A stretch of 64,000 bases of DNA from an uncultured Rickettsiales bacterium (GTDB lineage Bacteria > Pseudomonadota > Alphaproteobacteria > Rickettsiales > SXRF01), in NCBI GenBank assembly GCA_964405685.1, contig CAYOOP010000001.1, forward strand, positions 270,922 to 334,921. The letters run 5' to 3'. The notes under the pieces are model-generated. The model worked only from the letters and a program-made list of their open reading frames with translations, did not search any database and was not told the origin of the DNA. The position numbers were made by a program, and so were the translations under genes. Shown piece by piece: positions 27,123-36,025 of the stretch (its first letter is position 1; each line of letters starts with the position of its first letter).

Positions 27123-28781
27123 ATGCGAGACTTCGCACTTGGAAATGCGCTTTTTATCAGTATGCTGGCCCCCATGTTACTGGATGCTGTTTTCTTTCCT
27201 GTTTTCTTGGGTTGTGCCTATGTGCTGGGCATCGGGGCACTGCGCCTTTTTCCTGGAGATAGGGTGACGGAGCCGCTTTATCTCCCGTTTGTGGTTGCGT
27301 TTTTGACGTTGGGAAGCGTTGCCTTGGGTGTTAATTTTTTCACCGGTGTCGATTCGCTGGTGTATTATGAAATCATGGGCGCAATTGGTTTGGGGGGGAT
27401 TTTACAATTCCGAAAAACAGATTGGCAGCGCTTGTGGCCCCTGTTGCCATTTAGTCTTTTGTTGGTGCCACTCGCAGCCCAAATGCCAGCGGGTGCGGAT
27501 GCGGGATTGTACCATATTCCGCACCAGGTGTTAATTCGGGATGAGAAAATTATTTTTGGTCTCGCCAATCTTCATAGCCGTTATGGGTTTTCCTCCATGA
27601 TGGAATATGTGCTAGCGCCGCTATGGATTGGGGAGCAATTCAAGCTACTGTCCTATGCCCACGCTGCTTTTGTGGCGGCGTGGTTGTTGTTTTTGTGGGA
27701 GTGGATTTCGTCCTCCCAAAAAACAATCGCCGCGCTCGGATGGCTGACGCTGATTTCCATGCTGTGCTACTGTATGTATTTCGATTTTGGCTATACTTCG
27801 ACCGATACGCCGTCTGGCATTATGTTCGCCATCGCATTTTTAAATGGTGTCGCCCTGCTGCTGGGCGAAGGGCCCGTTAGCAGGCGGCAGCTTTTAGTGT
27901 TTTTTCTTTGCGCCGTGTTCGCATACACCTGCAAACTCAGCAACATCACCGTGGTGCTTTGGGCGGGATTTGTAGTGGCGAAACTGCTGCATCAGCGACG
28001 CATCGCTTGGAAGCCCTTGATGCAAGCTGCTGCTTTGCCTACGCTACTTATGAGTATGTGGTTGATGAAGAACTTTATTGTCAGCGGTTGCCTGCTTTAT
28101 CCAAGTGCGGGTACGTGTTTGGATGTGTCGTGGGCGGCGAAAGCGAATGCAATTGAAAATGCCAACGGCATCACCGCCTGGGCGCGCCACCCGCAGGATG
28201 ATTTGCGGCCACTGCACAGTTGGAATTGGTTGTGGGAGTGGTGGTGGCCGAACCAACGCGTCTTTTTAGTGTTTATGGCCGCCACCTTTACCGCCGTTGC
28301 GAGTGGCTACTGGGTGTTTTGCAAAACCGAGAAACATCACCGCCGCGATGTGATGTTGCCTGCCTTGGTCATCACCCTTCTGGGATTAGCGCTCTGGTTT
28401 TTCAAGGCACCAACCCCGCGGTTTGGGATTGGTGTGTTTATCATAGTGGTGCCGGTGGTGGTGGTAACGTTGTTTGGATTCCGTTGGACAGCGCACACGT
28501 GGCTGCTCAAGCTGCGGCTTGTTGTTCTGCTATTACTTGCGGCACGGCTTGGAATGATGGCAAATACGCATGTCATTCGCCATCTCAATTTAAATACAGA
28601 CATCGATATGATGCCGGCACCGATGGTGGAAGTAAAACTCGACAAAAACTTCGGATTCCGCCCGGCAGGCAACACACCGGGGGCGGATTGCATTTGTTGG
28701 ACCGTGCATTATTGCGCACCTGATGCACGCCCCCCCATCAGCGAAGCGCACGGTTATAAATTCTTCAAGCAGCCATTATAG
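27123..28781 (+). CDS. Large polytopic membrane protein (possible glycan polymerase, ligase or GT-C)
   Basis: 552-aa ORF, hydrophobic throughout, with a periplasmic-looking loop LYHIPHQVLIRDEKIIFGLANLHSRYGFSS. No confident family assignment. Confidence 0.5.
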   Translation: MRDFALGNALFISMLAPMLLDAVFFPVFLGCAYVLGIGALRLFPGDRVTEPLYLPFVVAFLTLGSVALGVNFFTGVDSLVYYEIMGAIGLGGILQFRKTDWQRLWPLLPFSLLLVPLAAQMPAGADAGLYHIPHQVLIRDEKIIFGLANLHSRYGFSSMMEYVLAPLWIGEQFKLLSYAHAAFVAAWLLFLWEWISSSQKTIAALGWLTLISMLCYCMYFDFGYTSTDTPSGIMFAIAFLNGVALLLGEGPVSRRQLLVFFLCAVFAYTCKLSNITVVLWAGFVVAKLLHQRRIAWKPLMQAAALPTLLMSMWLMKNFIVSGCLLYPSAGTCLDVSWAAKANAIENANGITAWARHPQDDLRPLHSWNWLWEWWWPNQRVFLVFMAATFTAVASGYWVFCKTEKHHRRDVMLPALVITLLGLALWFFKAPTPRFGIGVFIIVVPVVVVTLFGFRWTAHTWLLKLRLVVLLLLAARLGMMANTHVIRHLNLNTDIDMMPAPMVEVKLDKNFGFRPAGNTPGADCICWTVHYCAPDARPPISEAHGYKFFKQPL

Positions 28782-28811
28782 CGAATTTACAAAATTGGTT
28801 TTATTGATTAT

Positions 28812-30062
28812 TTAGAGTTCGACTTTTTGACCTTTTTTACGTTCGGAATCAGACTTAAGCTGCCCGCAGGCTGCAAAAATATCCCGCCCGCGGGGGGTGC
28901 GGATCGGGGAAATATAGCCTGCTTTGTAGATGATTTCGGCGAAGGCGTTGATGCGCGCATCGTCCGAGCATTCGTAGTCCGAGCCGGGCCATGGGTTGAA
29001 AGGAATGAGGTTTACTTTCGCATGGACGCCTTTGAGTAGACGGACCAATTCCTTAGCGTCCGCATCGGTGTCGTTTACGCCTTTAAGCATCACATATTCA
29101 AAGGTAATGCGGCGGGCGTTGGTGGCACCGGGGTATTTTTTGCAGGCTTCGAGCAATTCTTCTATCGGGTATTTTTTATTGAGCGGCACCAGCACGTTCC
29201 GCAAATCATCGCGCACGGCGTGGAGCGAAATGGCGAGGTTGACGCCGAGCTCGGTGCCGACGCGCTCAATCATCGGCACGACGCCGGAGGTCGAAAGGGT
29301 GATGCGGCGTTTGGACATGGCGATGCCGTCGGTATCCATGATAATGCGCAGTGCTTTGGCCACATTGTCGTAGTTAAACAGTGGCTCGCCCATGCCCATC
29401 AGGACGATGTTTGTGAACCTTGCGTTGCTCCCAGCGACTTCTTCTGAAGTCGCTATGGAGCGCGGCTCAGGGCTGGCGCGGTCTGCTGACCGCGCATAAC
29501 GCGGCCATTCTTTGAGGCCATCGCGCGCGACGAGGACTTGCGAAACAATCTCGCCGGGTTTGAGGTTGCGCACCAGCGGCATGGTGCCGGTGTGGCAGAA
29601 AGAACATGAGAGGGTGCAGCCGACTTGTGATGATATGCACAGCGCGCCTCGTTCCGTTTCCGGAATGAATACGGATTCGACTTTGTTGCCGTCGGGAAAT
29701 CCGAGCAACCATTTGCGCGTGCCATCGACCGAGGTGAGATCCCGCACGGACTCGGGCCGAGAAATCGTGAAATGTTCTTCCAGCAAGGGGCGCTTGGTTT
29801 TGGCGATGTTGGTCATCTCATCGAAGCTCGTCGCCCCGCGCGCATAGATCCAGTTCCACACCTGCTTGGCGCGGTATGGTTCCAAGCCAACGCTGGTCAG
29901 CGCCACCGTCAATTCTTCCAGCGTCAAACCAACCAATGAGGGCTTGGAACTGGGCGCGGCCAAGGGTACCTGCGGCGTTTTGGTAATCACACCATCATAG
30001 GTAGTAAGTGCCGCCGGATAATGGTGCACCTCGGCTTCGTTATGAATGGTTTCCGGTTCCAT
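28812..30062 (-). CDS. rlmN: Dual-specificity 23S rRNA/tRNA adenine-C2 methyltransferase RlmN (radical SAM), carrying an in-frame repeat insertion
   Basis: [11 protein letters not shown], radical-SAM CxxxCxxC (GCTLSCSFC), [13 protein letters not shown] and C-terminal ACGQL. I chose internal ATG 30062 because the longer ORF overlaps the upstream gene. Confidence 0.9.
   Translation of the reverse strand: MEPETIHNEAEVHHYPAALTTYDGVITKTPQVPLAAPSSKPSLVGLTLEELTVALTSVGLEPYRAKQVWNWIYARGATSFDEMTNIAKTKRPLLEEHFTISRPESVRDLTSVDGTRKWLLGFPDGNKVESVFIPETERGALCISSQVGCTLSCSFCHTGTMPLVRNLKPGEIVSQVLVARDGLKEWPRYARSADRASPEPRSIATSEEVAGSNARFTNIVLMGMGEPLFNYDNVAKALRIIMDTDGIAMSKRRITLSTSGVVPMIERVGTELGVNLAISLHAVRDDLRNVLVPLNKKYPIEELLEACKKYPGATNARRITFEYVMLKGVNDTDADAKELVRLLKGVHAKVNLIPFNPWPGSDYECSDDARINAFAEIIYKAGYISPIRTPRGRDIFAACGQLKSDSERKKGQKVEL
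29421..29501 (-). repeat. 81-bp hairpin-rich repeat element, in-frame copy 2 (inside rlmN)
   Basis: Its reverse complement aligns ungapped with 2507-2587 (57/81). Hairpins are GCGCGGTC-AGCA-GACCGCGC and GCGACTTC-AGAA-GAAGTCGC. It encodes [27 protein letters not shown]. Confidence 0.7.
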
Positions 30063-30492
30063 GGAATTGATACCCAAAAGCCGTGGTTCTAATGTATTCT
30101 GGCTCCCCCGGCAAGGTTTTAAGCTTGGCACGAAGGCGGTGAATGTGGGTTTCGAGCGTGTGGGTGTCGATATCGTCAGCATAACCCCACACGGTTTTAA
30201 GCAGGGTTTCGCGTGGCACTTCCGTGTCGGCATCCAGCAGGGTTTTCAGCAATAAGGCTTCTTTTTCAGTCAGTTCGATCGAAATTTCTCCGCACGTCAC
30301 GCTTTTTTTTGCGCTGTCAAAAAAAATGCCGGGGGCGAGGGGCACGCTCTCGCTCTTCAGCTTTTTAAGTAGATCCCGCAGAGGGATAGGCCCGTTTTCA
30401 AACAGGCTTTCTGGAACAGCGGCGTCTATCCCAAAGGGCTCTAATACTTCTACAATGGCGGTATTAAAACGTGGGTCGGTTGCGCTTGACAT
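30040..30492 (-). CDS. Winged-helix (OmpR/PhoB C-terminal type) DNA-binding protein lacking a receiver domain
   Basis: [13 protein letters not shown]....[33 protein letters not shown]...[11 protein letters not shown] is a Trans_reg_C-like domain. The N-terminal 60 aa is too short for a receiver. Confidence 0.7.
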   Translation of the reverse strand: MSSATDPRFNTAIVEVLEPFGIDAAVPESLFENGPIPLRDLLKKLKSESVPLAPGIFFDSAKKSVTCGEISIELTEKEALLLKTLLDADTEVPRETLLKTVWGYADDIDTHTLETHIHRLRAKLKTLPGEPEYIRTTAFGYQFHGTGNHS

Positions 30493-30572
30493 GCCAATGA
30501 GTCTACGCCTTTGCTTGCAGCTTGGGCAAGAATTATGTAGTAGAAGACCTCCAAACGTTACGAGGACAATTC

Positions 30573-31499
30573 ATGGCCATCATCCCCCTCCACTTCATGC
30601 AGAAAAAAACCAGCTTTGACTTTATGGGCAAGCGCTGGATTGGGTTTATCGCCTCGATCGTGCTCACCCTTGCCGCATTCGGATTGATGGCGACCAAAGG
30701 CCTAAACCTCGGGATTGATTTCACCGGCGGGATTTTAATGGAAGCGCGGACGACCGAAGTGGCCGATCTCGGTAAAATGCGTGAGGCGTTAAACGACCAG
30801 AGATTTGGCGAGATTAGCCTGCAAAGTTTTGGCAGCGAGAAAGACGTGCTGATTCGGATTCAAACAAGCAAGGATGTGGAACAAGCACAGGTCGTGCATC
30901 ATGCGAAAGAATTGCTGACGGCAGCCATTCCAAACATTGAATATCGCAAACTCGACTATGTAGGGCCAACAGTGGGCGCCGAGTTGGTGCAAAGCGGGAT
31001 TATGGCAACGCTCCTCGCTTTCGGTGCCATCATGGCCTATGTGTGGTTTCGGTTTGAGTGGCAATACGGCATCGGTGCGATTTTGGCACTCTTGCATGAC
31101 TCCATTATGGTGATGGGTTTTTTCGCGGTAACGCGGTTTGAATTCGGCCTGCCCGCACTCGCCGCCGTGCTTACCATCATCGGCTATTCAATCAACGACT
31201 CGGTGGTCATTTACGATCGCATCCGTGAAAACATGCGTAAATACAAAAAAATGTCGGTCTCTGATTTGCTTAACTTAAGCATCAACGAAACGATCTCGCG
31301 CACAATTTTAACCGCCTCTACCACCTTGCTCGCCTCGCTTTCGCTCGCGCTTTTTGGTGGCGAAGTGCTTGCCGGTTTTAGCTGGGCGATGGTATTTGGC
31401 ATTTTAATCGGCACCTATTCGTCGATTTATATCTCCGCGCCCGCACTCATTTATCTAAACCTGCGTGCTAACACGCAAACTCAGGCCGCTGCCGCGTAA
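30573..31499 (+). CDS. secF: Protein translocase subunit SecF
   Basis: FDFMGKRWIGFIASIVL..LNLGIDFTGG start and the C-terminal YDRIRENMRKY... region. I chose ATG 30573 within the 30522 ORF. Confidence 0.9.
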   Translation: MAIIPLHFMQKKTSFDFMGKRWIGFIASIVLTLAAFGLMATKGLNLGIDFTGGILMEARTTEVADLGKMREALNDQRFGEISLQSFGSEKDVLIRIQTSKDVEQAQVVHHAKELLTAAIPNIEYRKLDYVGPTVGAELVQSGIMATLLAFGAIMAYVWFRFEWQYGIGAILALLHDSIMVMGFFAVTRFEFGLPALAAVLTIIGYSINDSVVIYDRIRENMRKYKKMSVSDLLNLSINETISRTILTASTTLLASLSLALFGGEVLAGFSWAMVFGILIGTYSSIYISAPALIYLNLRANTQTQAAAA

Positions 31500-31500
31500 G

Positions 31501-32382
31501 ATGAAACGCGTCATCGCCATCGGCAATTTTGACGGCGTACATGCAGGCCACAAGGCCATTTTTGCGGAAACCTGCCGCGTCGCGCGTGCGAAAAAAGCGG
31601 TGCCGGCCGTGCTAACGTTTGCGCCCAATCCGCGCGAATATTTTAATCCTGTGTTTGCACCGCTTAACATTATGAGTGTGGATGAGAAAGTTGAGGCGAT
31701 GAAGGCCTGCGGCATTCGCGAAGTTATCATTGCCGAGTTTAATGCGAAGCTGGCGGCAGTAACAGCAGAGGATTTTGCAAAAGACGTGCTTAAAAAACGC
31801 CTACACGCCACGCATGTGGTGACGGGGGAGACGTTTGTGTTTGGGCACAAGCGCAGCGGCAATGCAGTGCTGCTTAAAAAATGGCTGGGAGAAGTAGGCG
31901 TAGGTTACACCGCCGTTGCTGCCGTCAAAGATGGTGGCAGCATTCTTTCCAGTTCACGCATTCGCACGGCGCTGACACAGGGGGATATCGCAGAAGCAGG
32001 TCGCGTATTGGGTGCACCTTATATCATTAGCGGCGAAGTGGTGCACGGCCACAAACGCGGGAAGACGATGGGATTTCCAACGCTTAATCTTCCGCTGTCG
32101 GGGCGCTTGGCACCTCAATTCGGGATTTATACCGCGACGATTGCGGTGGGCAACAAAATCTACGCGGGGGTAGCGAGTGTAGGCGTTAATCCTACCTTCG
32201 GTGATACAGCGCCATTGTTAGAAGCGCACGCTTTTACGCCCCTGCCCCAACTTTATGGTCAATATATTCGTGTTGCACTTCACCATTTTCTTCGCCCTGA
32301 ACAGCGGTTTGAAAATATCGATCAGTTGATAGACCAGATCCGTCGCGATGTGGTAGAAGCGAAGAAACGTTTGAAGGGTTAG
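31501..32382 (+). CDS. ribF: Bifunctional riboflavin kinase / FMN adenylyltransferase
   Basis: IAIGNFDGVHAGH start, then the kinase part GEVVHGHKRGKTMGFPTLNL and GVASVGVNPTF. Confidence 0.92.
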   Translation: MKRVIAIGNFDGVHAGHKAIFAETCRVARAKKAVPAVLTFAPNPREYFNPVFAPLNIMSVDEKVEAMKACGIREVIIAEFNAKLAAVTAEDFAKDVLKKRLHATHVVTGETFVFGHKRSGNAVLLKKWLGEVGVGYTAVAAVKDGGSILSSSRIRTALTQGDIAEAGRVLGAPYIISGEVVHGHKRGKTMGFPTLNLPLSGRLAPQFGIYTATIAVGNKIYAGVASVGVNPTFGDTAPLLEAHAFTPLPQLYGQYIRVALHHFLRPEQRFENIDQLIDQIRRDVVEAKKRLKG

Positions 32383-32853
32383 ATGATGCGCAGGCTAGGA
32401 CTGCTGACGGCACTGTTTATTTTAGTCCTCGACCAGGTGAGCAAGCACTGGATTCTGGCGCTGCTGCTTGGCCAAGAACCGCCGGTGCGGCTTACCGCCT
32501 TTGCCAATTTGGTGGTGGTGTGGAACCGCGGTATTAGTTTTGGCATTCTTTCACACCATCCGGAAAATCTGACTATTGTGTGGATTGTTTTAGCGCTTGG
32601 CATTAGCGTGTTGCTGCTGCGCTGGTTGTGGAAAGCACATACCCAGCAAGTGGCGTTGGCGCTCGGGTTGATATTGGGCGGGGCGATTGGCAATGTGGTT
32701 GACCGCCTGCGGTTTAATGCGGTATTTGATTTCCTGGATTTGCACGCAGGCGATCTCCATTGGCCGGCGTTTAATGTTGCCGATAGCGCAATTGTCGTCG
32801 GTGTGTTACTTCTGATGTTGGATAGTCTATGCAACAAGTCAAAACCCTCTTAG
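32383..32853 (+). CDS. lspA: Lipoprotein signal peptidase II
   Basis: LVLDQVSKHW, VWNRGISFG, GGAIGNVVDR and FNVADSAIVVG motifs. Confidence 0.9.
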   Translation: MMRRLGLLTALFILVLDQVSKHWILALLLGQEPPVRLTAFANLVVVWNRGISFGILSHHPENLTIVWIVLALGISVLLLRWLWKAHTQQVALALGLILGGAIGNVVDRLRFNAVFDFLDLHAGDLHWPAFNVADSAIVVGVLLLMLDSLCNKSKPS

Positions 32854-33389
32854 CGCTTAGTTTATTGTTTGCCCTCGCCGCGTGCGGGGATGGCTCTTTG
32901 CGTGAAAAAGTAGGGTTAGAGCGCAAACCCATGGATGAATTCAAGGTGCTTTCGCGCCCACCACTCACTGTGCCGCCTGAGTTTTCGCTGCGCCCGCCGG
33001 CGGATGACAGCACGGCGGCCAGCACGTCTAATATCAGCAATGAAGCGCGCACACTTTTGATTGGTGATGCGCCCAAACCGGCCGAACCCAAAGCTTCCTC
33101 AGCACCTGCTACGGCTGATGGTGTGTTCTTGCAACGTGCGGGGGCTGCCAATGTGGATGATTCAGTGCGCAAAACCATTCGCGAGGAAAGCGGCGAGACG
33201 GAAGATGAAAACGAAAAATCTTCGCTGGAGAAATTGCGCGAACCTCTCAAAAGATCCGATCCTGTGGTTAATCCGGCTGGGGAGAAACAACGCATTCTTG
33301 ATAACAAAGCCCAGGGCAAAGACATCACGGAAGGCGAAACACCAACCACCAAGCCCAAAGGCGAAAACGTTTTGGATCGCATTTTTTAG
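32829..33389 (+). CDS. DUF3035-type lipoprotein
   Basis: Lipobox LFALAAC, then PMDEFKVLSRPPLTVPPEFSLRPP, which I recall as the DUF3035 core. The position after lspA is conserved in Alphaproteobacteria. Confidence 0.65.
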   Translation: MQQVKTLLALSLLFALAACGDGSLREKVGLERKPMDEFKVLSRPPLTVPPEFSLRPPADDSTAASTSNISNEARTLLIGDAPKPAEPKASSAPATADGVFLQRAGAANVDDSVRKTIREESGETEDENEKSSLEKLREPLKRSDPVVNPAGEKQRILDNKAQGKDITEGETPTTKPKGENVLDRIF

Positions 33390-33398
33390 AAGGAAGTT

Positions 33399-34727
33399 AT
33401 GCGCCTATTTTGGCTGTTGTGGTTTGCGCCTTTTTCCCTGCCTGCCTATGCAGCCGCACCGGTCATTGACAGCTTTACACTACACAATGGGCTGGAAGTG
33501 GTGGTGATTGAAAACCACCGCGTACCGGCGATCAGCCACATGATCTGGTATCGTATTGGCGGGGCGGATGATCCACTCGGGAAATCTGGTCTCGCGCATT
33601 TTCATGAGCACACAATGTTTAAAGGCACCAAGCAATATCCCGCGGGTGCGTATGAGGATATTATTTCACGGCTGGGCGGTGTGCAAAATGCATTTACGGG
33701 GTTTGATATGACCTCGTACTACGTCAACATCAACAAGGAAAATCTGCCTAAGGCGATGGAGTTGGAAGCGGACCGTATGCGCAGCCTCGCGCCGGTACCG
33801 GCCGATATGCTCAAAGAACGCGAAGTGATACTTGAAGAGCGGCGGATGCGGATTGATAATGTGCCGCAGGCGATTCTTTCCGAACAGATGAGTGCAGTAC
33901 TGTTTGTGCACCACCCGTATGGCACGCCGCTGATTGGCTGGAAACATGAGATGGTGGGACTGACAATGGCCGACGTGTTGGCGTTTCATGCCAAATACTA
34001 TCACCCTAATAACGCGGTGCTTGTGCTTTCGGGCGATATCACTGCGAAAGAAGCCAAGCCGCTGGTTGAAAAATACTATGGCAATTTGAAACGCGCGGAG
34101 ATTCCCAAACGCATGTGGGTGGTTGAACCGGAAGATATCGCCGCCAAGCGCGTGGCGATGACGCATCCGTTGGTGAAAAGACCGGTGTTCTCGCGCGAAT
34201 ATATCGCTCCAAGCCTGCACTATGGCGATGCAGCGCAGGTGATGCCCCTCATGCTGTTTGCAAAATACTTTGGCGGGGGTGACACCAGCGTACTTTACCG
34301 CGAATTGGTGATGAATCAAAAACTCGCAACCTCCATTTCTGCGGACTACGATGGGTTTGCGCTTGGGCCGGAAACGTTTAGCATTGCTGCGGTTCCAGCC
34401 GATGGCGTGAGCCTGGAGACCTTAGAAAAAGCGATTGATGAAACTATTCAAAAAACACTTAATGCTCCCATCGTGGCGGATGATTTTGCGCGGGCGAAAG
34501 TGTTGTTTAAAGCGGATTCTATTTATTCGCGTGAGGGTTTGCAGGGCATGGCCAATATTGTCGGCACGTTGCGCATGTTGGATTTGCCTGCAACCTGGTT
34601 TGAAACGTGGGATGCACAAGTGGATGCGGCAACGGACGAACAAGCGCTCGCTGCCGCCAAAGCAGTGTTGGTGTTAAATCACTCGGTTACCGGCACGCTT
34701 ATGCCGCAAAATAAGGAGGGGAAATGA
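33399..34727 (+). CDS. M16-family zinc peptidase (active subunit)
   Basis: Signal peptide and inverted zinc motif HFHEHTMFKG (HxxEH). Confidence 0.87.
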   Translation: MRLFWLLWFAPFSLPAYAAAPVIDSFTLHNGLEVVVIENHRVPAISHMIWYRIGGADDPLGKSGLAHFHEHTMFKGTKQYPAGAYEDIISRLGGVQNAFTGFDMTSYYVNINKENLPKAMELEADRMRSLAPVPADMLKEREVILEERRMRIDNVPQAILSEQMSAVLFVHHPYGTPLIGWKHEMVGLTMADVLAFHAKYYHPNNAVLVLSGDITAKEAKPLVEKYYGNLKRAEIPKRMWVVEPEDIAAKRVAMTHPLVKRPVFSREYIAPSLHYGDAAQVMPLMLFAKYFGGGDTSVLYRELVMNQKLATSISADYDGFALGPETFSIAAVPADGVSLETLEKAIDETIQKTLNAPIVADDFARAKVLFKADSIYSREGLQGMANIVGTLRMLDLPATWFETWDAQVDAATDEQALAAAKAVLVLNHSVTGTLMPQNKEGK

Positions 34728-36025
34728 TGCGTATTCTCCTGCGTGTTTTGGTGTTGCTGTGTGTTTGGGTTGCGCCCGCGCACGCGAAAGTGGAAACGTT
34801 GACGTCGCCAAGCGGTGTCAGTTTCTGGTTCGCGCAGGATACTACTCAACCTGTTTTTACACTGCGGCTCGTATTTACAGATACGGGATTTGCCTATGAT
34901 CCTGAGGATAGCGCAGGCCTTGCGACACTTGTAACCTCGATGCTAACCGAAGGTGCAGGCGAAATGGATGCGCTAGCGTTTAAACAAGCGCTCGACAGCA
35001 AAGCGATTAAGCTCTCTCTTGCTGCAGATGCGGATCATGTATTTATAACTGTGACATCGCTTTCGGAACATCAGAGTCAAGCGCTGAACTTGCTCACTGC
35101 CATGCTTACTCATCCGCGGTTTGATGCGGCAGCGCTGACGCGTGTGAAAAGCGCAACACTGGCAACACTGGCACGTGCGGAAGAAGAGCCGGGTTATGTA
35201 GCAAACCGTGCGTGGAGCGAACATTATTTCGGTGCACACCCTTATGCCAAACCGCGCATCGGCACAAAAGCGGGTATTGAGTCCATCGGAGTTGAAGACT
35301 TGAATGCCTATGTGAAACGCTCTTTTACCTCCAGAAATTTAGTGGTCTCGGTTGCAGGAGATATTGATATAGAGACGCTGGGCGTGGCGCTGGATGGGTT
35401 GACGAGCGCTCTGCCTTCGGAATTTACACCCGCAGTGCAAATAGAAGATGCGGCAGTAGCAGCTAATCACCCGCCGGAAGTGATTCAAAGAGATATTCCG
35501 CAGACTGTCATTCAATTCGGTGGACCGGGGCTGAAACGTTCCGACCCCAAATACATCACGGGGTATGTGCTGAATGAAATTGTCGGCGGTAGCACGTTAA
35601 AGTCTCGACTGGGTGATGCGCTTCGCGAGAAATCCGGCCTCACCTATACGGTAGGCACAGACTTGACGCCCATGCAACACACAGGACTTTTTTGGGGCGC
35701 GTTCGCCACGCGCAATGACAAGGTGGCCGATGCGATGGCAATAGTAGAGGCCACGATCAAAAATGTTGCTGAAAAGGGTGTGACGGAGAAAGAGCTCGCC
35801 GACGCGAAGGCTTATATCACTGGTTCGTTTCCACTGTCGCTCGATACCAACGCCGAACTCGCTGGATTTATGACGGGGATGCAGATTTATCATTTGGGAT
35901 CGGATTATTTAGAAAAGCGCAACGCGCTGATTAATGCGGTCACCAAACACGATGTCGATCAACTCGCCAAAGAAATGTTGAAGTGGGATGCATGGCAGGT
36001 GGTGCAGGTCGGGGCCAAACCATGA
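34724..36025 (+). CDS. M16-family peptidase-like protein (non-catalytic partner; no HxxEH seen)
   Basis: Signal peptide and M16 fold-like sequence. 4-nt overlap with the upstream M16 gene. Confidence 0.82.
   Translation: MMRILLRVLVLLCVWVAPAHAKVETLTSPSGVSFWFAQDTTQPVFTLRLVFTDTGFAYDPEDSAGLATLVTSMLTEGAGEMDALAFKQALDSKAIKLSLAADADHVFITVTSLSEHQSQALNLLTAMLTHPRFDAAALTRVKSATLATLARAEEEPGYVANRAWSEHYFGAHPYAKPRIGTKAGIESIGVEDLNAYVKRSFTSRNLVVSVAGDIDIETLGVALDGLTSALPSEFTPAVQIEDAAVAANHPPEVIQRDIPQTVIQFGGPGLKRSDPKYITGYVLNEIVGGSTLKSRLGDALREKSGLTYTVGTDLTPMQHTGLFWGAFATRNDKVADAMAIVEATIKNVAEKGVTEKELADAKAYITGSFPLSLDTNAELAGFMTGMQIYHLGSDYLEKRNALINAVTKHDVDQLAKEMLKWDAWQVVQVGAKP

Noticed and set aside
28812-30233. Long N-terminal extensions in the ORF track for rlmN (473 aa). 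The same applies to ampG (to 44735), dut (to 59457), mltA (to 56231), smr (to 55153), the Tim44-like gene (to 56896), the DegT gene (from 21327), ribF (from 31465) and pgi (from 35983).
   Set aside because: The extensions overlap the preceding genes substantially and translate to Arg/Cys/Pro-rich text unrelated to the families. Internal ATG or GTG starts give normal family N-termini and short 4-23 nt overlaps.
30296-30325. T8...A8 inverted repeat (TTTTTTTTGCGCTGTCAAAAAAAA) inside the winged-helix gene.
   Set aside because: It is a homopolymer-based symmetry within a coding region (FFDSAKKS) and a weak A:T-only stem, so it is probably fortuitous. It may be a slippage-prone tract, but I have no evidence of phase variation.
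30522-31499. secF without an adjacent secD as a possible anomaly.
   Set aside because: SecF looks intact, and secD can be encoded elsewhere. With only this window the observation is uninformative.
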